Positions 23,111 through 32,168 of a stretch of 64,000 nucleotides of DNA are shown one piece after another. How positions within the stretch are numbered: position 1 is the first letter of the stretch; each line of letters begins with the position of its first letter. The notes under the pieces are model-generated. The model did not search any database, had not been told where the DNA came from, and worked only from the letters and a program-made list of their open reading frames with translations. The translations under genes and the position numbers were made by a program. The DNA is from Escherichia coli (GTDB taxonomy: Bacteria; Pseudomonadota; Gammaproteobacteria; Enterobacterales; Enterobacteriaceae): NCBI RefSeq assembly GCF_044324785.1, contig NZ_CP172127.1. One strand, written 5' to 3'.

Positions 23111-24505
23111 ATGAATAAGTTACTTTTGGGTTTATCTCTTTTTTTATTACTGGAATACAATGCGTGTGCAGCAAAAACAGGGGGGCTAACGCTTGAACAA
23201 AGAATGGCATTGCTGGAAGAACGCCTGGAAGCTGCAGAAAAAAGGGCGGAAAAAGCAGAAAGAATGTTAAAGAGTTTTGATATAGAACAACATTCTGAAA
23301 TACGTCAAATTAGTTCAGAGCAGAATAAAAAAGATGCTAACAGCTATGCAGTAGTTGAGTCAACAAAAGAAAAAACATCTTCTCCAGGTTTTCTGCTCTC
23401 TGGTTACAATGATTTGAAGTTTTATGGTGATGTGGAGTTTAATATAGATGCTGCCAGTAAACCCGGTCAGTTAGTAATGATAAGTTCCGGGGCGAACAGT
23501 GAGTCAGTGAATGAACGGTGGGACCTTAATGGCCGTATTCTATTAGGTTTTGACGGTACCCGTAAGCTTGATAATGGTTATTTCGCTGGATTTTCAGCAC
23601 AACCACTGGCGGATATGCACGGTTCAGTGAATATTGATGATGCATTATTCTTTTTTGGAAAAGATGACGAGTGGAAAGTGAAAGTCGGTCGTTTTGAAGC
23701 TTACGATATGTTCCCTCTAAATCAGGATACTTTCATTGAGTATTCCGGTAATACAGCTAATGATATTTATGCTGATGGCCGTGGTTATATCTATATGATG
23801 AAAGAGGGACGCGGTCGTTCTGACGCTGGTGGTAATTTCCTCATCAGTAAACAACTCGATAACTGGTATTTTGAGTTAAACACGTTACTTGAAGACGGAA
23901 CATCTTTATATAATAACGGTAATTATCATGGACGATATATGGAGCAGCAGAAAAATGTCGCTTATCTGCGCCCGGTAATTGCCTGGTCGCCAACGGAAGA
24001 ATTCACAGTCTCCGCAGCGATGGAAGCGAACGTGGTAAAAAATGCTTATGGCTATACCGATAATAAGGGGAATTTTGTCGATCAGTCCAATCGTTCCGGT
24101 TATGGTATTAGCATGACATGGAACGGTCTGAAAACAGATCCGGAAAATGGCATCGTGGTTACTCTTAATACCGCCTATTTGGATGCCAGTAATGAGAAAG
24201 ATTTCACTGCCAGTATTAATGCTCTGTGGAAACGTTTCGAACTGGGTTATATCTACGCACATAATAAGATTGATGAATTTAGTGGTGTCGTGTGTAATAA
24301 TGGTTGCTGGATTGATGGTGAAGGAATATACAACATTCACACCATTCATGCATCTTATCAGTTTGCTAATGTGATGGATATGGAGAACTTTAATATTTAC
24401 CTCGGGGCTTATTACTCAATTCTGGATAGTAACTGTAGATATAGTAATTGTGACATTACCGATGATCGTTACGGTGCCCGATTACGTTTCAAATACTTTT
24501 TTTGA
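23111..24505 (+). CDS. rafY: raffinose glycoporin (outer membrane)
   Basis: 464-aa ORF with signal peptide and aromatic-rich C-terminus ending in F, typical of outer-membrane beta-barrels; position after rafD. Confidence 0.7.
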   Translation: MNKLLLGLSLFLLLEYNACAAKTGGLTLEQRMALLEERLEAAEKRAEKAERMLKSFDIEQHSEIRQISSEQNKKDANSYAVVESTKEKTSSPGFLLSGYNDLKFYGDVEFNIDAASKPGQLVMISSGANSESVNERWDLNGRILLGFDGTRKLDNGYFAGFSAQPLADMHGSVNIDDALFFFGKDDEWKVKVGRFEAYDMFPLNQDTFIEYSGNTANDIYADGRGYIYMMKEGRGRSDAGGNFLISKQLDNWYFELNTLLEDGTSLYNNGNYHGRYMEQQKNVAYLRPVIAWSPTEEFTVSAAMEANVVKNAYGYTDNKGNFVDQSNRSGYGISMTWNGLKTDPENGIVVTLNTAYLDASNEKDFTASINALWKRFELGYIYAHNKIDEFSGVVCNNGCWIDGEGIYNIHTIHASYQFANVMDMENFNIYLGAYYSILDSNCRYSNCDITDDRYGARLRFKYFF

Positions 24506-25005
24506 TGCATAGTAACAAAGTATTGTTCCACACTTACATTAACGCGTTTTTCGGGCGCGTCATCAGCGATGCATACGAATGATCGCAGTCTGCCAATGGT
24601 CGATTTATCTTGGTTGCGCAGGGGCGAGCACCGGGCAGGTACCGGCGGCTGACTCTGAAGCTCTGAGTCGGGTAATTGCGTCAGGTCACGAAGGACTGAC
24701 ACGGGTATTGGTGGCAGGTGATGAAGTACTGAGTGTGGTAATTTCGGGGATGCAATGCAGGAGCTGAGTCAGGTTTGCACTGAGCTGAGGACCCGTAGCG
24801 AGCGGGTTCCTGCTATTTTTCGGTGTCAGGGGCGCAAGTCCCGACGTCGGGACTTGCCGGGAGATTGTCAGGTCATTGACCGGGTGTGAGCGGCTCGACG
24901 TAAGCGGTAGATATGCCCAATTCCCCCCGATAAATTCATTACCAAACACATTATTCAATTTGTTTTTATTTTTCCGCTTTCAGTCATTATCGCTATCGCT
25001 TCGTC

Positions 25006-25071
25006 GGTAATGACTCCAACTTATTGATAGTGTTTTATGTTCAGATAATGCCCGATGACTTTGTCATGCAG
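25006..25071. mobile_element. IS1 terminal fragment (66 bp) truncated by IS2
   Basis: GGTAATGACTCCAACTTATTGATAGTGTTTTATGTTCAGATAATGCCCGATGACTTTGTCATGCAG is identical to the start of the complete IS1 at 27354. Confidence 0.85.
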
Positions 25072-25082
25072 TGGATTTGCCC

Positions 25083-25988
25083 CTATATTTCCAGACACCT
25101 GTTATCACTTAACCCATTACTGGTCCGCTGCCGCAGATATTCCCGTGGCGAGCGATAACCCAGCGCACTATGCGGATGCCATTCGTTATAATGCTCGAAC
25201 GCCTCTGCAAGGTTCTTTGCTGCCGTTAACCCGTCTGGTTTGGGCATGATACTGATGTAGTCACGCTTTATCGTTTTCACGAAGCTCTCTGCTATTCCGT
25301 TACTCTCCGGACTCCGCACCGCCGTGTTCTTCGGTTCAAGTCCCAACATCCGGGCGAACTGGCGTGTTTCATTAGCCCGGTAGCATGAACCATTATCCGT
25401 CAGCCACTCCACTGGAGACGACGGAAGATCGTTGCCGAAGCGGCGTTCCACCGCTCCTGGCATGACGTCCTGTACTGTTTCACTGTTGAAGCCGCCGGTA
25501 GTGACCGCCCAGTGCAGTGCCTCACGATCACAGCAGTCCAGCGCGAACGTGACACGCAGTCTCTCTCCGTTATCACAGCAGAACTCGAACCCGTCAGAGC
25601 ACCATCGCTGATTGCTTTCTTTCACGGCCACTCTGCCAGTATGTGCCCGTTTCGATGGCGGTACAGCGGTTTTTCGCTCAAGCAACAGCGCATTCTGGCG
25701 CATGATCCGGTAAACACGTTTGGCATTGATCGCAGGCATACCATCAAGTTCGGCCTGTCTGCGAAGCAGCGCCCATACCCGACGATAACCATACGTGGGC
25801 AGCTCTCCGATAACATGGTGTATACGGAGAAGCACATCCGTATCATCTGAGTGACGGCTGCGGCGACCATCTTTCCAGTCATCGGTTCGTCTGAGAATTA
25901 CGTGCAACTGCGCACGCGACACCCGGAGACAACGGCTGACTAAGCTTACTCCCCATCCCCGGGCAATAAGGGCGCGTGCGCTATCCAC
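25083..25988 (-). CDS. insD: IS2 transposase InsD (OrfB)
   Basis: 301-aa ORF with DDE integrase-core features, overlapping insC. Confidence 0.9.
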
Positions 25989-26311
25989 TTTTTTGCACGC
26001 CCGTATTCAACGGCTTCTTTAAGGAGTTCATTTTCCATCGTTTTTTTGCCGAGCAGGCGCTGGAGTTCTTTAATCTGCTTCATGGCAGCAGCAAGTTCAG
26101 AGGCAGGAACGACCTGCTCTCCTGCGGCCACAGCAGTAAGACTTCCCTCCTGGTATTGCTTGCGCCAGAGAAATAACTGGCTGGCTGCCACACCGTGTTG
26201 CCGGGCAACAAGGGAGACCGTCATTCCCGGTTCAAAACTCTGCTGAACAATAGCGATCTTTTCCTGTGTAGTACGCCGTCTGCGTTTCTCCGGTCCTAAG
26301 ACATCAATCAT
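25946..26311 (-). CDS. insC: IS2 transposase InsC (OrfA)
   Basis: [56 protein letters not shown]...; the ORF-track start at 26356 is an extension. Confidence 0.9.
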
Positions 26312-26562
26312 CTGCTCTCCAATGACTAGTCTAAAAACTAGTATTAAGACTATCACTTATTTAAGTGATATTGGTTGTCTGGAGATTCATGGGGCCAGTC
26401 TAGCAGATTATGGTGCGCAGTTATACAACAGCAGTAATGAGGAGTCTACTATTTCTCTTGTTATGCCAGATGCAATTGAATGGAACGGAAAGAATACGCC
26501 AAGACGGCAATACATGATAAAATATATTGCCGTATTTAAATATTAAAATTTATTTTTGTAGA

Positions 26563-26970
26563 TCATCTGAATTTTCGGTGACCTTCAAGTTTTATATCGT
26601 TCATTTTATCCAGAGACTCACGTAATGATTCTATATTCCCGTCCTCAACTTTCTTTTTTGCAATATTGATTTCATGTTGTAGTTTTTTTAACTCTTCCTT
26701 ATAACTATCTACAGAAACTTTATCATTAACATCTATCTTTTCAGGAATAATATTCATAGAAGAATCTACAGATTTATCCATCATTTCAAGAGCATTTAAT
26801 AGTGATGATTTATCATTGGAAGATTGTAGAATACTCATACTTTTGGCAAGAGACTGCATGTTTTTATCCAGGCCGGAAGCCAAAGATACGTTGCTGAGAG
26901 ATAAAAAAATAGCTAGTACAGCACCTGAGAAAAATACCTTTTGTTTTTTCATTAATATATTCCTGTTCAA
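26563..26970 (-). CDS. cytochrome b562-family periplasmic protein (putative)
   Basis: 135-aa AT-rich ORF with signal peptide; pattern LDKNMQSL...GHRKFR parallels cytochrome b562 (LEDNMETL...YHQKYR) including candidate Met and His haem ligands. Confidence 0.45.
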   Translation of the reverse strand: MNRNILMKKQKVFFSGAVLAIFLSLSNVSLASGLDKNMQSLAKSMSILQSSNDKSSLLNALEMMDKSVDSSMNIIPEKIDVNDKVSVDSYKEELKKLQHEINIAKKKVEDGNIESLRESLDKMNDIKLEGHRKFR

Positions 26971-27368
26971 AGTTGATTATAGTTATGTCAATTTAAGTTT
27001 ATTATTATGATTTTTTATTTTTGTACTATGAATCTCCTGTATGCTTATATGTGCAGAAAATCTCATTTTATCAAGAAGAATATCAAATTTTCTCCGATAC
27101 TTCTACATACTCCATCATTCATGCTCCTTTTATCCGTGCACCGTAAAACCCCGTCCTTCAGCGGGGGATATAAGGCGCTGTTTTCCACCTAACCAGGTGT
27201 CTGCTGCTATTCAATGTATTGGCGGATGACGGATGCCGCCCGTTGAAGCAGGACCCCTCGTCCTTAGGGCGTGGAGGATGTCAAAATGAAAACTTGTGGT
27301 ATGAATCAATCCATTCATCATCCTTTCGGATCATTGCATTCAGTATAACGCTGGGTAATGACTCCAAC

Positions 27369-27872
27369 TTATTGATAGTGTTTTATGTTCAGATAATGCC
27401 CGATGACTTTGTCATGCAGCTCCACCGATTTTGAGAACGACAGCGACTTCCGTCCCAGCCGTGCCAGGTGCTGCCTCAGATTCAGGTTATGCCGCTCAAT
27501 TCGCTGCGTATATCGCTTGCTGATTACGTGCAGCTTTCCCTTCAGGCGGGATTCATACAGCGGCCAGCCATCCGTCATCCATATCACCACGTCAAAGGGT
27601 GACAGCAGGCTCATAAGACGCCCCAGCGTCGCCATAGTGCGTTCACCGAATACGTGCGCAACAACCGTCTTCCGGAGACTGTCATACGCGTAAAACAGCC
27701 AGCGCTGGCGCGATTTAGCCCCGACATAGCCCCACTGTTCGTCCATTTCCGCGCAGACGATGACGTCACTGCCCGGCTGTATGCGCGAGGTTACCGACTG
27801 CGGCCTGAGTTTTTTAAGTGACGTAAAATCGTGTTGAGGCCAACGCCCATAATGCGTGCACTGGCACGACAT
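27369..27872 (-). CDS. insB: IS1 transposase InsB
   Basis: 167-aa ORF inside IS1. Confidence 0.9.
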   Translation of the reverse strand: MSCQCTHYGRWPQHDFTSLKKLRPQSVTSRIQPGSDVIVCAEMDEQWGYVGAKSRQRWLFYAYDSLRKTVVAHVFGERTMATLGRLMSLLSPFDVVIWMTDGWPLYESRLKGKLHVISKRYTQRIERHNLNLRQHLARLGRKSLSFSKSVELHDKVIGHYLNIKHYQ

Positions 27873-28066
27873 CCGACGCCATTCATGGCCATATCAATGA
27901 TTTTCTGGTGCGTACCGGGTTGAGAGGCGGTGTAAGTGAACTGTAGTTGCCATGTTTTACGGCAATGAGAGCAGAGATAGCGCTGATGTCCGGCAGTGCT
28001 TTTGCCGTTACGCACCACGCCTTCAGGAGCGGAGCAGGAAGGACATCTGATGGAAATGGAAGCCAC
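27791..28066 (-). CDS. insA: IS1 protein InsA
   Basis: 91-aa [46 protein letters not shown]... with zinc-finger cysteines. Confidence 0.9.
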   Translation of the reverse strand: MASISIRCPSCSAPEGVVRNGKSTAGHQRYLCSHCRKTWQLQFTYTASQPGTHQKIIDMAMNGVGCRASARIMGVGLNTILRHLKNSGRSR

Positions 28067-28329
28067 GCAAGCACCTTAAAATCACCATCATACACTAAAT
28101 CAGTAAGTTGGCACCATTACCTGACCAAGCTTCCTCTATTGCGGCACCTGATTGCATCAATATCGAAAGTGATAAGATCCTCTCACTAGCAGGGCATGAC
28201 AAGTGTAACTGCTGATTTGTTAGCCTGTTTTAAGTTTTTTAAGATCAATTATTTCTCATTTTTTGACTTTATTGCTAGCCGTGAAAATGCAAAGCCTATA
28301 GGATACAAAAATTACAATTTGTAGGTTTT

Positions 28330-28836
28330 GTGAGTCATATGAAGGCAACCAATATAGACCCTCAACTGCTTGAAAAAGCCACGAGTATCTTTGCTGAGTT
28401 GGGCTTACCTATTGAGCAGGCTATTAACGTCTTTTTAGCTAAATCCGTTCAAGCCAAAGGTTTTCCGTTTTCTGTTGCTCTTGAAAATGAAGTAGAGACA
28501 CGGGAAGTTGCACAAACGCAACACAATATCAGCAATGCAGAGATAACCGAAGCTATCCAAGACTTGGTTGAACATGCTCTACCACTGAGTGAAATAGAAA
28601 ACCTCACGCAGCTAACCTATTGTCGCAACATTTTTGGGTTGTCATTCCCCGTGCTCAAACTGGCTAAATCATCACGGCCAGAAGACATTCGCAGTGCAGC
28701 CAAAGATGCCAAAGAGCGAAACCGCTACTCCACCACTAAAGTGGCCCAGCGAGATGAAAAAACCTATGTTATTTGCACCCAATGGACCGACAGACATCGT
28801 TCTGCATTTTGCCGTTGGCAAGCCATCTTTAGCTAG
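28330..28836 (+). CDS. RelB/DinJ-like antitoxin-domain protein with C-terminal extension
   Basis: 168-aa ORF; N-terminal 50 aa resemble the DinJ/RelB ribbon-helix-helix (ATSIFAELGLPIEQAINVFLAKSVQAKGFPF); no toxin ORF adjacent. Confidence 0.5.
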   Translation: MSHMKATNIDPQLLEKATSIFAELGLPIEQAINVFLAKSVQAKGFPFSVALENEVETREVAQTQHNISNAEITEAIQDLVEHALPLSEIENLTQLTYCRNIFGLSFPVLKLAKSSRPEDIRSAAKDAKERNRYSTTKVAQRDEKTYVICTQWTDRHRSAFCRWQAIFS

Positions 28837-28902
28837 AACGCAAAATAATAACCAAACAATACACTGATTTTTTAACGATTTAACTTCATTTAGGTAGTAT
28901 CA

Positions 28903-30882
28903 ATGAACTTACAAGACAAAGAACAAAGCGCCAAACTCTCCAGTGCTATTTGGCGTATGGCAGATGATTTATGGGGTGATTTCAAACACACCGATTTTGC
29001 GCGGATTATCCTGCCATTTTTGCTACTGCGTCGTATTGAATGCGTGTTAGAACCCACCCGTGAGGAAGTTCGTAAGTTCTATCTGGCCGAAAAACAATCC
29101 GGCATAGACCTTGGTTTAGTGTTGCCAGAAATTGCGGGATTCGCCTTTTACAACACCAGTGAATATAGCCTAGAAACCTTAGGCGCGTCAGACACCGGCG
29201 ACAACCTAGAACACTACATCAGCCAGTTCAGCAAAAACGTTCGTACCATCTTTGATGAGTTTAAATTTGGTCAAACCATAGAAGATCTGGAAAAAGCCAA
29301 GTTGCTGTATCGCATGGTAAACCATTTTGCCAACCTCGACTTGCATCCTGATGTAGTGTCTGACCGCGTATTATCAGATGCTTATGAAGAGCTGATTCTA
29401 AAGTTCGCCAGTTCGGTTAATGAAAAGGCCGGGGAATTTATGACCCCGCGTGATGCCGTGCGTCTTGCCACCAAACTGGTGCTGGCGGCGGATGAAGATA
29501 TCTTTAGTGAAAAGGGTGTGATCCGCACCATCTATGACCCAACCTGTGGCACGGGCGGTTTCCTTTCCGATGCCATTAGCCAAATTGAAGAAATGGGCAG
29601 CAGCGCTAAAGTCGTGCCTTTTGGTCAAGAGCTCGACCCCGCGACCCATGCCATGGCGCTGACCAATATGATGATCCGCGGTTTTGATGCCAATAACATC
29701 AAGCAAGGCAACACCTTATCAGACGATCAGTTACGTGCCGACAAGTTTCACTACGGCCTTGCCAACCCGCCATTTGGCATTAAGTGGGAAAAAGCCAAGA
29801 AAGAAGTAGAACGTGAGCACAAACAGCTCAAATACGCCGGACGCTTTGGGCCAGGCCTGCCGAGTATTTCTGATGGTTCAATGCTGTTTTTACTGCACTT
29901 GGTATCAAAAATGGAAACGCCGGAAAATGGTGGTGGCCGAGTGGGTATAGTCCTTTCTGGCTCGCCACTGTTTAATGGCGATGCAGGCTCAGGCCCATCA
30001 GAAATCCGCCGTTGGCTGCTAGAACAAGACTTAGTCGAAGCGATTGTTGCCCTGCCAACCGATATGTTCTTCAACACCGGCATTGGCACCTACATCTGGA
30101 TTTTGACTAACCATAAAGAGCCAAGACGCAAGAATCAGGTGCAACTGATTAACTTGGCAGATATTTGGACTCCCATGCGTAAATCGCAAGGCGATAAGCG
30201 CAAGTACCTGAGTGATGAACAGATTGACGATATTGTCCGTGCGTACGATGGCTTTGAAGCCAGTGACAACTGTAAGATCTTCCAGACTACTGATTTTGCC
30301 TACCGTAAAGTCACCATTCAGCGTCCACTGCGTGCCAAACTAGATATTACCGCTGCGGGCATTGCTGCATTTGTGCAGCAAGATACGTTTAAAAAACTCA
30401 AACCAGAGCAACAAGCGGCATGGGTACAATACCTCACCGATAACCTTGGCCTTCAGCCTTATGAATGGGCACGTTTGGCGGTTAAGAAGAATAACAATAA
30501 GGGTGACTTTGGTAAGTGCTCAAAAGCACTGGCTACGGCCTTAACTGCGCACTTTGTAAAAATTGATCCGCAATTTGAGCCTGCACTGGATGAAAAAGGC
30601 CAAGTGATCGCCGACCCTAAACTCAAAGACACCGAAAGCATTCCTTTTGACCGCGACGTTGAAGATTACTTCGCACAAGAGGTGCTGCCACATGTACCGG
30701 ATGCCTTTATTGATCACTCAGTGCGTGATGAAAAAGACGGCGAAGTGGGCATTGTCGGTTATGAAATTAACTTTAACCGCTATTTCTACCAATACGTGCC
30801 ACCACGCGAGTTGAGTGTGATTGATCGTGAGCTAAAAGCATGTGAAGCGCGCATTCAGGCTCTGCTGAATGAGGTGGCGTAA
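28903..30882 (+). CDS. hsdM: type I restriction-modification system, DNA methyltransferase subunit
   Basis: 659-aa ORF with AdoMet motif DPTCGTGGFL and catalytic NPPFG; TAATG overlap with hsdS. Confidence 0.9.
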   Translation: MNLQDKEQSAKLSSAIWRMADDLWGDFKHTDFARIILPFLLLRRIECVLEPTREEVRKFYLAEKQSGIDLGLVLPEIAGFAFYNTSEYSLETLGASDTGDNLEHYISQFSKNVRTIFDEFKFGQTIEDLEKAKLLYRMVNHFANLDLHPDVVSDRVLSDAYEELILKFASSVNEKAGEFMTPRDAVRLATKLVLAADEDIFSEKGVIRTIYDPTCGTGGFLSDAISQIEEMGSSAKVVPFGQELDPATHAMALTNMMIRGFDANNIKQGNTLSDDQLRADKFHYGLANPPFGIKWEKAKKEVEREHKQLKYAGRFGPGLPSISDGSMLFLLHLVSKMETPENGGGRVGIVLSGSPLFNGDAGSGPSEIRRWLLEQDLVEAIVALPTDMFFNTGIGTYIWILTNHKEPRRKNQVQLINLADIWTPMRKSQGDKRKYLSDEQIDDIVRAYDGFEASDNCKIFQTTDFAYRKVTIQRPLRAKLDITAAGIAAFVQQDTFKKLKPEQQAAWVQYLTDNLGLQPYEWARLAVKKNNNKGDFGKCSKALATALTAHFVKIDPQFEPALDEKGQVIADPKLKDTESIPFDRDVEDYFAQEVLPHVPDAFIDHSVRDEKDGEVGIVGYEINFNRYFYQYVPPRELSVIDRELKACEARIQALLNEVA

Positions 30883-32168
30883 TGAATGCTGGCAACATAG
30901 TAGATGCTTTCGTATCTGACTCGAAATGGAACTCAGTACCAGCTAAACGTTTATTTACGAGTAGCAAAGAAATCAATCAAGGAATGAAAGAATCTAATCG
31001 TCTTGCACTAACAATGAAAGGTGTCATAAACCGCTCGTTAGACGATTTACAAGGACTTCAATCTTCTGATTACTCTGTTTATCAGATTTTTGAAAAAGAT
31101 GACTTAGTTTTTAAGCTCATAGATCTTGAAAATATAAAGACTAGCCGAGTGGGGATTGTGCATGAACGAGGAATAATGAGCCCTGCATACATCCGTGTTT
31201 CAGCGAGTTCAAATAGCATCTACCCAAGGTTCTATTACTGGTACTTTTTTGCTCTATACCTAACCAATATTTATAACAAACTGGGTGGAGGAGTTCGTCA
31301 GAACCTAACAGCTGGTGATCTTTTAGAAATACCTGTTCCACTGATTGATATTTCATTACAGAAGCAGGTTAGCACATTCCTTGATCGCGAAACCCAGCGC
31401 ATCGACAGTCTGATCGAGGAAAAGCAGACCTTTATTAAGCTGCTCAAAGAAAAACGCCAAGCACTGATCAGCCATGTGGTCACAAAGGGGCTCTATCCCA
31501 ATGTGGAGATGCAGGACTCTGGCATCGAGTGGATTGGGCAAGTGCCGAAGCATTGGGAAGTCAAAAAGATAAAGCATATTTGCTCCAACTTTATGTATGG
31601 AACCTCTCAAGACTGTAACCAGTCTGATGTTGGCTATCCTGTTCTCAGGATACCAAACATCAAGAGTACCAATGTTGATTTTGAAGATCTCAAATATGCA
31701 AATATCAGTGATGTTGATGCTTTAACTTATCTTTTATCAAGAGGCGACATTTTAGTCATCAGAACTAACGGTAACCCTAATCTGGTCGGCCAAAGCGCGC
31801 TTTTTGATTCAAATGGGCAGTATTTATTTGCGTCGTACCTAATAAAGTTAACACCAAAGCAAGGAGTGGATACTAGCTTCTTAGTGGAAGCGATGAACTC
31901 ACTATCTGTTCGTCAAGCATTAACATTTCAGTCAAGAACATCGGTAGGTAACTACAACCTGAGCATTCCTTCACTAGCTAATACAAGTATTGCTATCCCA
32001 CCAATTGATGAGCAAAAGACAATAACGAATTACTTGAGTGCAGCAACGATAAACATTGATTTACTGATTCAAGAGACTGATAAATCGATTGATCTTCTAA
32101 AAGAACACCGCACATCGCTGATCAACGCGGCTGTCACAGGAAAAATAGACGTCAGGGAGGCGGTGTAA
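30882..32168 (+). CDS. hsdS: type I restriction-modification system, specificity subunit
   Basis: 428-aa ORF with two-TRD architecture and conserved central and C-terminal repeats (SLIEEKQTFIKLLKEKRQALISHVVTKG / LLKEHRTSLINAAVTGKIDV). Confidence 0.88.
   Translation: MNAGNIVDAFVSDSKWNSVPAKRLFTSSKEINQGMKESNRLALTMKGVINRSLDDLQGLQSSDYSVYQIFEKDDLVFKLIDLENIKTSRVGIVHERGIMSPAYIRVSASSNSIYPRFYYWYFFALYLTNIYNKLGGGVRQNLTAGDLLEIPVPLIDISLQKQVSTFLDRETQRIDSLIEEKQTFIKLLKEKRQALISHVVTKGLYPNVEMQDSGIEWIGQVPKHWEVKKIKHICSNFMYGTSQDCNQSDVGYPVLRIPNIKSTNVDFEDLKYANISDVDALTYLLSRGDILVIRTNGNPNLVGQSALFDSNGQYLFASYLIKLTPKQGVDTSFLVEAMNSLSVRQALTFQSRTSVGNYNLSIPSLANTSIAIPPIDEQKTITNYLSAATINIDLLIQETDKSIDLLKEHRTSLINAAVTGKIDVREAV

Larger units (their letters stand above)
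25072..26402 (-). mobile_element. IS2 (IS3 family), complete 1331 bp
   Basis: terminal repeats TGGATTTGCCCCTATATTTCCAGACA (start) and ...GGAGATTCATGGGGCCAGTCTA (end); encodes InsC and InsD. Confidence 0.9.
27354..28121 (-). mobile_element. IS1, complete 768 bp
   Basis: terminal inverted repeats GGTAATGACTCCAACTTATTGAT...ATCAGTAAGTTGGCACCATTACC; encodes InsA and InsB. Confidence 0.92.

Noticed and set aside
24760-24880. GC-rich inverted repeat (GGGGCGCAAGTCCCGACGTCGGGACTTGCCGG) downstream of rafY
   Set aside because: Probably just a transcription terminator or stable hairpin at the end of the raf segment; no evidence for an RNA gene.
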